NCBI GenBank assembly: GCA_003280265.1
Contig: QCFJ01000001.1
Location: 36,415 to 100,414, forward strand
Reading direction: 5' to 3'
DNA length: 64,000 nt
Source of the DNA: Prochlorococcus sp. AG-363-G03
Lineage (GTDB): Bacteria > Cyanobacteriota > Cyanobacteriia > PCC-6307 > Cyanobiaceae
The position numbers and the translations under genes are program-made. Of the stretch, positions 42,913 to 51,148 are shown one piece after another (within the stretch, counting starts at the first letter, position 1; each line of letters begins with the position of its first letter). Below the pieces are notes generated by a model that was not told the origin of the DNA, did no database searches, and was given only the letters and a program-made list of their open reading frames with translations.

Positions 42913-43083
42913 TTAAAGTTGATCTCTTTCAAATGTCTTTGTTATTTCTTTTAAAAATTCTACTATTTGAATGTTTGTATAGCCCAGCTCAGTTCTTAGC
43001 CCTTTGCATGATGACGTGATCTCTTTCCAAATGTCAGCTCTTACAATAGCTTCTCTGTCTTTTCGGTAGCGCTCTTCTCTCAT
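42913..43083 (-). CDS. Small hypothetical protein (56 aa, not in ORF track)
   Basis: MREERYRKDREAIVRADIWKEITSSCKGLRTELGYTNIQIVEFLKEITKTFERDQL; amphipathic, GC higher than flanks. Confidence 0.6.
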   Translation of the reverse strand: MREERYRKDREAIVRADIWKEITSSCKGLRTELGYTNIQIVEFLKEITKTFERDQL

Positions 43084-43454
43084 TTTGATTTAATTGAGTA
43101 ATGTATGGCTTTCTGAATTTTTTTAGAAAAAACAAAGAAATAACTCTTTGAGATTTATTTGTTTGCTTCGATTGATATTAGATCAGTCTCTTAAAAATCA
43201 AAAAAAACCAAATTCAAAAATACATTAACGAAAAAATAAAAAAATCATGGGAATTTCAAGATTCTTTTCTAAATCAGATATTTGATTTTCTTATGTTACT
43301 AGATTTAAGAATAAATAAAATTTAAGAAGATTTGGCTTTGAACCATTTTTTCGAGGCTTCGAGCTTGCTTTTTAATTAAAAATTTCTCTTATCTTTTGCA
43401 ATGTATCAACCGGCAAATAAATATTTACGTATTCCCCACTCTCCATAGTAAGAA

Positions 43455-43541
43455 CGGAGAGTGGGGGATTCGAACCCCCGATGGAGTTGCCCCCATGCTA
43501 GTTTTCAAGACTAGAGCCATAAACCACTCGACCAACTCTCC
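43455..43541 (-). tRNA. tRNA-Ser(UGA)
   Basis: GGAGAGTTGGTCGAGTGGTTTATGGCT-CTAGT-CTTGAAA-ACTAG, long variable arm, GGGGGTTCGAATCCCCC-ACTCTCCG; 87 nt, CCA not encoded. Confidence 0.97.
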
Positions 43542-43603
43542 ACTTACGATTTTACAGCATTAACTTCAAAACCCGATAGATAATTACTTGATATTTCTTG
43601 CGA

Positions 43604-43786
43604 TCAAGCTAACTTCATTTTTAAGACGTTGAGAGATTCTTCCAAATTCCTCAGAAGTGTTTTGTGCTTGTAGTCGCTATGTCTCTGGCTTAGTAAGTCT
43701 TCAAGCCCTCTGAGTAAATTAAGTCCGTGGCCTAGATGGAAGGTTGGCAAAGCGATGGAAAAATAATTTCTAAAATTTAATTTCAT
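43604..43786 (-). CDS. Small hypothetical protein inside the element
   Basis: 60-aa ORF ending just upstream of the tRNA promoter region. Confidence 0.4.
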   Translation of the reverse strand: MKLNFRNYFSIALPTFHLGHGLNLLRGLEDLLSQRHSDYKHKTLLRNLEESLNVLKMKLA

Positions 43787-44019
43787 GAGTACACCTATAA
43801 CTCCCTGTTTGATGGTGCAAAATCGTGTATCTCTCTCGATCCAAGATGCCCAAGATTTTTTGTATCAGAAAGCTTTTCTAAATTTTAATTCTTATTTTTG
43901 GAATGTTCTTGACAACTCTCCTACTTCGAAATGGAGGGCAGATTGATTAATGCGTTAGAGAGGAAAAATGATTTTCTGATTGCAGCTATCCAATATTTAT
44001 CCTAAAAAGTGAATGGCTA

Positions 44020-44164
44020 ATGAGTAGTAAAAAAGGAAGTTCAAAGATGGGTTGACTATGCTGAACTAGCTGTTCTTCTTGGATACTCCCAGCGGAAGAT
44101 CTTGTTGAACTTACATCACAACAATAAATTTCCAGAGGGATCACTTCAAGAAAGGAAGGGTTGA
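44020..44164 (+). pseudogene. Frameshifted excisionase/AlpA-like HTH gene
   Basis: ATG AGT AGT followed by an A6 run; removing one A gives MSSKKEVQRWVDYAELAVLLGYSQRKI...KFPEG. Confidence 0.55.
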
Positions 44165-44249
44165 AAATACAATTTTCATAGATTTGAAGAACAAATATTT
44201 ACTTTATGCTAAAAAGACTGTATAGAATCAATAGAAGATATATTTAGTT

Positions 44250-45647
44250 TTGAGAACGTTTTTTGGGAAATCTGTAAGTCGTGAAATCAAGTTTCAAATA
44301 CCTTTCTTATTAATATTCATAAGTTTTTCTATATCTATAATTTTTTTTCTTTTTTCAATTACCAGACATAAGCTTTTTCAAAGTAGTTATGATCTAACCC
44401 TTTTTGATCAATGGTTGTGGTTGATAAGTAGAGATTTACCTCCAATCTCATCGATAACAAATTGGCATTTACTTTCTGATCATGCTGCTTGGTCTTTATA
44501 TCTCTTTGCTCCTCTTTATAGAATTTTCTCCAGTGTAAATTGGTTGTTTTTGTCTCAAGCCATTTGTTTATCTTTCACTGCTGTTCCTATTTGGATTTTG
44601 TCAAATAATTTAGGTATTAATTATAGAAATACTTGGATAATCTGTTTGATATGGTGGTTGCAACCGGTGGTTTTTAATATAAATATAAATGATTTTCATC
44701 CTGAAGTTTTGGCTATGCCAGCTTTAGTTGGATCATATTTATTTAATAGATATAAAAAATTCCTTCCTTGGTTATTATGTTTAATATTTATGATTGGCTG
44801 CAGAGATGGAATGGTATTAATAGTATTTGGTATTTTCATAGAAAACATGATAAGAAAAAAATGGAGATATGCGCTTTCTGCTTTGATAATTAGTCTAGGT
44901 TGGTTGTTCTTTATAAAGACTATATTATTTCCCTATTTAGCGAAAATTAATAATTATAATGGTGGTGCATCGATTGGAGTGATTTCAAAATATTTAAATT
45001 TATTTTTTAACCCTATACAATTAATTTCTACAATTAATTTCACTGCAGGATTTGAATATTTGATTTTGATAAGTATTGCTTTCTTGCCGTTTTGGAGAAT
45101 AAACGCATGGCCAACTCTATGCTCGGGAATCCCTTTGGTTCTTCTTAACTTTATTGCTGAAAATCAATCTTATAGAATGCTTATACATCAATATAGTTTA
45201 CCTTTGGCTGCAATTGGAGTTGTTGCTGTTATTGATTCCTTTTCGATTAATCCCTCATTAAAAATATCTTGGAAATATATAACTTGGATTTCAATTTGTT
45301 GGTTTAGCTTGGCTAAGCCATATTTTTATACAGGTCCCTACTTATCAAGACTACCAAATATAAATAATATAAATGAAGCTATTTTGTTGATACCTTCAGA
45401 TGCAAAAGTGTTGACGACAAGTTACATTGCTCCACATTTGAGTCATCGTAAGAAAATTGATTTTCCTAGAGAGAATTTGCCTAAACAATATTTAGAAGAT
45501 AATGATTTTTTATTGTTAAATCCTATGGACCCAGGATGGGGCTCTACAAGTGATATTCAGCAATCAATTTTGGATCAAGCTAATCATAATAAATGGATAT
45601 GTAATTCATACCCAAATAATTTGGAATTATGCAAGAAGTCAAATTAA
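44250..45647 (+). CDS. DUF2079-family membrane protein (GT-C-like), element cargo
   Basis: YDLTLFDQW, LSDHA, DFHPE, CRDG and HQYS motifs; many TM helices. Confidence 0.82.
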   Translation: MRTFFGKSVSREIKFQIPFLLIFISFSISIIFFLFSITRHKLFQSSYDLTLFDQWLWLISRDLPPISSITNWHLLSDHAAWSLYLFAPLYRIFSSVNWLFLSQAICLSFTAVPIWILSNNLGINYRNTWIICLIWWLQPVVFNININDFHPEVLAMPALVGSYLFNRYKKFLPWLLCLIFMIGCRDGMVLIVFGIFIENMIRKKWRYALSALIISLGWLFFIKTILFPYLAKINNYNGGASIGVISKYLNLFFNPIQLISTINFTAGFEYLILISIAFLPFWRINAWPTLCSGIPLVLLNFIAENQSYRMLIHQYSLPLAAIGVVAVIDSFSINPSLKISWKYITWISICWFSLAKPYFYTGPYLSRLPNINNINEAILLIPSDAKVLTTSYIAPHLSHRKKIDFPRENLPKQYLEDNDFLLLNPMDPGWGSTSDIQQSILDQANHNKWICNSYPNNLELCKKSN

Positions 45648-45673
45648 TAATCTGATTCTTTCATTCTGAATAC

Positions 45674-46891
45674 TTAAAGCATCTTTGAGGCGAAAGCTGC
45701 AATGTCTTCCTCGTTCAATTTTGAAAGGTATGTTTCCTCGAAGACTTGAACGCTGTGACCTAGAGACTTTGCTGCTAATCCAGAAGGAACACCCTCTCGA
45801 ATTGATCGCTTAGCCCAAGCATGTCTGAGGTCATAAAGTTGTAAGTCTGGTCTTTGTCTTTTTAACCATTTCCCCCATCGATTCGAAAAAGACTTTGCTT
45901 CGATTGGGTCGAAGTCTTCGGGTTCGATGAACTCCACAGAGCGAGAAATATTGTATAAATCCAACTTCTCTTCGTATCCCTTAGGAAGTGCAAGAGCAGT
46001 TCTTCTTTCGGGTACAGCTTTCTTTTGTTTTACCGATAAGCATGAGGCCGTCCCATTTTTATTTGGGAATATACTGAGTGCTTCGCTGGGTCTACATCCA
46101 TAAACGATCATCGCAGCGGTTAGCCAGCCATATTCCTTGTGATTCCTTACTTGTACTGCCAAAAGCAAGAGATCTTCTTGGTCTGGAATTGTCCTTTTCT
46201 TAGGTTTGTATTCTCCCTTTACCCCATCGATTTTTGCGATGTCTGGCAGCTCAATTAAGGTTCCTAATCTTTTGAAATACTGGTGCATCTTCAAGCGAAG
46301 ATTTGCTCTTTCGCTTCCATCTTCAGGATTGATTGAAAATTTTTCAACGACTGCCATCAAATAATCTGTAGTTATATATGCTCTAGAATCAAGTTTGTTC
46401 AAAGCATTTTGAATTACGTCCCAAGTTTTTATTCTCGATTTGGGATTAGTTGTTCTTACTTTGAAGAAGTGTTTTTTAAGCAGTTCGATAGCATCTTTAG
46501 CTTTTATTTTTGGATAGCCTTTTTGAATATTGGTCTTAATTTCCCAAGGCAAAGTTTCAGGAATTGAACCTGTTTTATTGATCTCAGTTAGTAACTCTAG
46601 GAGTCTATTTTCGGCAAGTGAGACAGATTTTATGGATGCTTTTAGACCTGTATTGATTCTCTTTCTAGATTTAGTCCCATCACCATTTGGGAAGGTTCCA
46701 CGGATACATATTGCGTCTTTGAGTATGGCAAGACTGGCCTTGTGACCTCGATATCTAAGATCTCTATTTGTTACATCGATAAGGTTTTGGATGCTACTTC
46801 GGATCTGGTCGACAGGGCTAGTGATGGTCTGGTCTGTTGGACTAGATCCGTTTAAAAAAGTGGATGGTTTAGGATGACCGCTTTTGACCAC
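45674..46891 (-). CDS. Tyrosine recombinase/integrase
   Basis: YGCRPSEA (R), YDLRHAWA (R-H), LGHS and TY catalytic motifs; cyanobacterial-type N-terminus (IRGTFP). Confidence 0.92.
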   Translation of the reverse strand: MVKSGHPKPSTFLNGSSPTDQTITSPVDQIRSSIQNLIDVTNRDLRYRGHKASLAILKDAICIRGTFPNGDGTKSRKRINTGLKASIKSVSLAENRLLELLTEINKTGSIPETLPWEIKTNIQKGYPKIKAKDAIELLKKHFFKVRTTNPKSRIKTWDVIQNALNKLDSRAYITTDYLMAVVEKFSINPEDGSERANLRLKMHQYFKRLGTLIELPDIAKIDGVKGEYKPKKRTIPDQEDLLLLAVQVRNHKEYGWLTAAMIVYGCRPSEALSIFPNKNGTASCLSVKQKKAVPERRTALALPKGYEEKLDLYNISRSVEFIEPEDFDPIEAKSFSNRWGKWLKRQRPDLQLYDLRHAWAKRSIREGVPSGLAAKSLGHSVQVFEETYLSKLNEEDIAAFASKML

Positions 46892-47059
46892 TTGTGTGAA
46901 AAAGACCGAAAGTTGACCACTCGTTTATAAAACCATATAAGAAATTACTTGTAAACTGCTGAACTCTGTATTCTTCTAGAGCTAGTTATAAATTGATTTA
47001 TCTTGTAATACCAGTCGGTTAGAAGGCTTTGTTACTTTTGTATCTTTTTGGAGTCGGTG

Positions 47060-47100
47060 GTTTTTAAGACTAGAGCCATAAACCACTCAACCAACTCTCC
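47060..47100 (-). repeat. att site: duplicated 5' half of tRNA-Ser
   Basis: 39/41 identical to 43501-43541 (mismatches at 47065 and 47089). Confidence 0.93.
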
Positions 47101-47312
47101 ATTTATTGTTTTACCTTATTAACTCCTTAAATTTCAAATAAATTACTCAAATAACATCTTCCTCCCTTTAAGCAATTAGTTCATTTTTATAGTAAAAAAA
47201 TTTTTTTCTTTTTTCTTTCTAAAAAAAATTTCAGAACCTATAGATTCTTTATCTGCATAAATACCAATGATATTATTTGTGCGATAATTCCATACATTGG
47301 TAAATCACATTC

Positions 47313-47507
47313 ATGGCAAGCAACAAGAGCCCACAATCTCGTTTCCTTGGAGACCTTCCTATGGAAGGTGGCATTAGTCAAAAAGAGAAATATCGCTATG
47401 TAGCTCACTTGATGTTCTTTATTGGATGCGCTCTGTTTTCGTTTGGTATTTGGGCATTGTCAGGATTTACTGCTTCTAGCGGTGCAACAGGACCATTCCC
47501 TTTCTAG
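47313..47507 (+). CDS. Small membrane peptide
   Basis: 64-aa ORF with one TM helix, ending GPFPF; may be the Yfr6 dual-function locus (recalled synteny). Confidence 0.65.
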   Translation: MASNKSPQSRFLGDLPMEGGISQKEKYRYVAHLMFFIGCALFSFGIWALSGFTASSGATGPFPF

Positions 47508-47555
47508 AAGAAAGAGATACGGAACTGTTTTTTTATTAGTACAGTAAATTAAAGA

Positions 47556-47819
47556 TTATTTAACTGACAACTTATTTATAGTATTTTCTCTATCTTCAAT
47601 AAGTGTCAGTAGCCATTTTGAACCTAATGCTCTAGAGATACTTCTGCTTTTCAGTAGTTGGCAAATCCTTTTATAAAGTTTTTCAGATTTGATATTTGAA
47701 TTAAACCATTTTTCGAATTTCAAAATTTCCTCAGGGTTTTGACAAGCTCTCAGTTGGTCGATAAGTGCATCATTAGCACTTTTGTTACTTGTATTTAATG
47801 GTTTATTGGTCGTAGTCAT
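47556..47819 (-). CDS. Conserved hypothetical protein
   Basis: 87-aa ORF downstream of nrdJ. Confidence 0.7.
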   Translation of the reverse strand: MTTTNKPLNTSNKSANDALIDQLRACQNPEEILKFEKWFNSNIKSEKLYKRICQLLKSRSISRALGSKWLLTLIEDRENTINKLSVK

Positions 47820-47980
47820 TTAAATTTTAAGAAATACAAGACCTATTTAATAGTTAGCTACAATTTTTCATTTGGACAATTATCTTTAAAACTTCTATGA
47901 AAAAAATTATTTTATTTAATCAAGTGCTTAATTTGGTTTAGATAAAAACATCGGACACATTAACGATTGAGAAACTGGTC

Positions 47981-50317
47981 TTAAGAGGGTTTAGCAAGTG
48001 GAAGTAAGCACTTGTCAGAATCACACCCAGCTGGACCCGCCTCAGTAAGTTCACCTTGATCATATCTACTAAGAGCATCAAAGAAATCACAATCTTCTCT
48101 TCTTTCTATGACCTCTGATTGCAGCTTTGTGTAGCATTCTTCATCAATAGGCTCAAAAGGAAGTCTAGGGAAGGTTGCATTCGCATCAAATCTTGCCAGC
48201 AAAGCTGCTGAAATATAACCTTTGTTTTCATTTATAGAGCTATGAAGAGCTTTCGCTAAATCCCCTATCTCATTTTCTCTGAATTCAATTGTGGCAGAGG
48301 TATTGTGGTCAGTGTAGTTGGTTTGAACTTGCATATAAAAATCAAATTGTGCAAGAGCTGAGAAGTTATTTATATCTATTTGATCTGCACCAGGTATATT
48401 TGCCCAACTTACCTCAGTTGGAATTTCAACTAGCCACTCAGTACATTTTGGATCAAATGGGTTGTCTAGTAGCTTTCCATTCTCATCTTTATCTGACTGA
48501 GAAGGAACAATCGTGTATCCATAATCCATGCAAGCTAGCGCGACTGGATCGTTCTTCCGAAAAGTGATTCTTCTTATAAAACGCTGCGCTTTTGGAGGAT
48601 GCCATCCTGGGGAAGCCCCAGTTAGAAGGCTTTTTGTACCAGCTGGTTGAACTGTTGTGCAACGACTTGGACGACGTATATTATGTCTATCACAATAATC
48701 AAATACTGTATCGTTGACGATTTTTCTCCATCGACTCAAAAAAGTAGCTTCTTTAATTTTAAAATCTTGACCTTCTTTTGTCTCAGGTCGTCCGGCTTCC
48801 CACCATTTCAACCAGGGTGTCCCAAATGCATGAACAAAAAAGTCAAAAAGTCCTGTGAAGCTTACCCCCACAATTGGATCCCATTCACGACTTTTTCTGT
48901 ATCGCTCTATTTCAAATCGATGGTTAAGAAGACATGCAACTGACAAAGCTGCTGCTTTGAAGGCATCTTCTTGTTGATTTATGTCTAATGGATCAATTTG
49001 ATTAAGATGGATCTCCGCAAGATTACAGTGGAAATCTGATCCTAAAATTTCACCGCATGGATTAAGACCATATCTACTGAGTCTGTGAAAAAGTTCTTTT
49101 TCATCAAATGGACCGTAATTTGATTGAATCCATTTAGAGGCCTCTTCTTTGCCTTGATCGCAATAGATATTTATAAATTCATTCCTTAGCTCGACTGTTG
49201 AAAGTATGTCTGCATTAGAGCGAGCAATTGCTTCTGGTGCAAATTGAATAGCACCTTCTCCTGAATGAAATTGCTTAGTAACGGCTTCGATAAGAACACT
49301 TAATTCAGGTTTGGTGTGGTAAACACGAGTATGATTAGCCATCCTTAAGGCATCCTTTTCTGGGTCGATACTCCAATTCCCATCTGAGTCTTGCTTCCAT
49401 AAATTTTCTTTAGCGCCAGCAGCTTCTAAATCGTTCGATGAAAATTGACGCATACCTGCACTTCTTCTGATATTGCCAGCAACTATTGTGACCGCTGCTT
49501 CGTCGATTAGTAGACAGCATTCAATTGAAGTTAGCTTCCTGCCTAAGGCTTTGTTTAAAAGATTTGCTACACGAGGGTATAAATCTTTTAGTTTTACAGG
49601 GTTTGCCATGCCTCCAAAACCTTTTAGTGATTCACCGGCTGGCCTTACATCTTTTAAATCAATAGATATATTAATAATTTTAGAATTGAAACTATTGTCA
49701 CTACTCAGTTCTAGGATTTTTTGATAGCTATCCACCCATCCACGTCTACTATCACCAACTTTTATGAGTACATTATTATCTTGAATGGAGAATGTAGTGT
49801 TTTCATTTCTCTCTTCAGAAGGAGTTAACCCAATATCTGAAACATTTTGAATATTAATTTTATTTTTAACCTCTGGCAATTGATCAATCAAGTGAGGTTC
49901 AATTATTGCACCCGTCCCACAACCCATCATCGCTAAATCCATCATAAGTCCGAAGGCTTGCCAATCAACAAGATTTGTTGAGGTGCAATTGTAGGCTCCA
50001 GAAAAATTCTTCTCTTTCTCAATCCATTCTGTTCCGCCTATCCAAAGCCATCGGCCTGAGGGAAGAGCTTTTTTCTCCTGTTGCATTCTTTGCATTAAAT
50101 TTATTTCTGCTTCGTTTAATCCTCCAAGTCTCTTTAGACCATCGAGATTTCGTGTATTTACTTGTTCCCAGCTTTCACGACCTGCTGGAAGTTTCCTGCT
50201 ATAAGTTCTGTAAAATACAGGATTGGCTGCAGGTGCAGTTATTGGAAAATCAGTTGTGACATTTTTTTTACCCGATTCTGAATTATTGGTTTCGGGCTGG
50301 CTTGTTGCGATTGTCAA
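47981..50317 (-). CDS. nrdJ: Adenosylcobalamin-dependent (class II) ribonucleotide reductase
   Basis: FYRTYSR, YNC, GNIRRSA, NPCGE, QPAGTKS motifs and C-terminal GCDSDKC. Confidence 0.95.
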   Translation of the reverse strand: MTIATSQPETNNSESGKKNVTTDFPITAPAANPVFYRTYSRKLPAGRESWEQVNTRNLDGLKRLGGLNEAEINLMQRMQQEKKALPSGRWLWIGGTEWIEKEKNFSGAYNCTSTNLVDWQAFGLMMDLAMMGCGTGAIIEPHLIDQLPEVKNKINIQNVSDIGLTPSEERNENTTFSIQDNNVLIKVGDSRRGWVDSYQKILELSSDNSFNSKIINISIDLKDVRPAGESLKGFGGMANPVKLKDLYPRVANLLNKALGRKLTSIECCLLIDEAAVTIVAGNIRRSAGMRQFSSNDLEAAGAKENLWKQDSDGNWSIDPEKDALRMANHTRVYHTKPELSVLIEAVTKQFHSGEGAIQFAPEAIARSNADILSTVELRNEFINIYCDQGKEEASKWIQSNYGPFDEKELFHRLSRYGLNPCGEILGSDFHCNLAEIHLNQIDPLDINQQEDAFKAAALSVACLLNHRFEIERYRKSREWDPIVGVSFTGLFDFFVHAFGTPWLKWWEAGRPETKEGQDFKIKEATFLSRWRKIVNDTVFDYCDRHNIRRPSRCTTVQPAGTKSLLTGASPGWHPPKAQRFIRRITFRKNDPVALACMDYGYTIVPSQSDKDENGKLLDNPFDPKCTEWLVEIPTEVSWANIPGADQIDINNFSALAQFDFYMQVQTNYTDHNTSATIEFRENEIGDLAKALHSSINENKGYISAALLARFDANATFPRLPFEPIDEECYTKLQSEVIERREDCDFFDALSRYDQGELTEAGPAGCDSDKCLLPLAKPS

Positions 50318-50350
50318 AATCTTTGTATCCCTTAGATAAGTACTACGGTA

Positions 50351-50397
50351 ACGCCATGTATAGCGTTAGCAAGTTTTTTTAACACCATCTACAGGGC
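50351..50397. promoter_or_regulatory. Tandem NrdR boxes upstream of nrdJ
   Basis: ACGCCATGTATAGCGT (50351) and ACACCATCTACAGGGC (50382) vs consensus ACACWATATATWGTGT, 31-bp period. Confidence 0.75.
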
Positions 50398-50428
50398 TCC
50401 AAAGGAAAAACAAATTTTTTTTTTAGTA

Positions 50429-51112
50429 ATGAAGAGAACACCGGAACCAGAACTTATGCAAATCCCTTCTCAGGTAAGGGCTTATGCGGATGCGGACTTC
50501 TCTAGGAGTGATTCTATGGTTGTTAAATCGCTTGAAGAATATTTAAAAAAAGCAGGAAGAACTCTTAATAAAAATGATTTGATTTTTGATATGGCATGTG
50601 GGCCAGGAAATATTTCAGAGAGAATTGCCAAAAATTGGCCTTTTGTAAATGTTGTTGGAATTGATGGCTCAAAGGAAATGTTGAATGAAGCAGAAAACAG
50701 ACTTTCCGGCAATCTTACTAAGAATCTTTCTTATAAATTGATTGACATCAATTCGATAGCCTCAGGTGATACAAATCTTCCTTATAAAGCTGATGTCCTA
50801 GTCAGTAATAGTGCCTTGCATCATTTTCACGATCCTTATTGTTTTTGGAATGCATTAAAAAAACTTGGTAAAACAAAGTCTATTCATATTCATCGTGATT
50901 TAATAAGGCCTGCTTCTCTGGAAAAAGCATTTGAACTAAAAGAAAAACATCTTTCAAATTCTCCAGAAATTCTAAAAAAGGATTTTTATGCATCTCTCAA
51001 GGCATCATTTACAGTTGAGGAAGTATCTCGACAGCTGGTTGATGCAGGGTTGTCTCATTTAGAGGTTTTTCAAATTGATGAGCTTTATTTTGAGATTATT
51101 GGGTGTATTTAA
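50429..51112 (+). CDS. Class I SAM-dependent methyltransferase
   Basis: R.PEPELM, DMACGPG, GIDGS..ML, SNSALHH and RDLIRP motifs. Confidence 0.88.
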   Translation: MKRTPEPELMQIPSQVRAYADADFSRSDSMVVKSLEEYLKKAGRTLNKNDLIFDMACGPGNISERIAKNWPFVNVVGIDGSKEMLNEAENRLSGNLTKNLSYKLIDINSIASGDTNLPYKADVLVSNSALHHFHDPYCFWNALKKLGKTKSIHIHRDLIRPASLEKAFELKEKHLSNSPEILKKDFYASLKASFTVEEVSRQLVDAGLSHLEVFQIDELYFEIIGCI

Positions 51113-51148
51113 TCTTTTCCCTGAACAATTGAACAACCAAAAACAATA

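Larger units (their letters stand above)
43501..47100. mobile_element. Integrative element (tycheposon-like) in the 5' half of tRNA-Ser
   Basis: 41-bp direct repeat 43501-43541 / 47060-47100 with a tyrosine integrase beside the distal copy. Confidence 0.85.

Noticed and set aside
47060-47100. Second tRNA gene (apparent TAA anticodon)
   Set aside because: Only the 5' half is present, with no variable arm, T arm or 3' acceptor strand; it is an att repeat
50429-51112. Methyltransferase as the missing ArsM partner of ArsS
   Set aside because: Lacks the recognisable conserved Cys pattern of ArsM and lies 23 kb away
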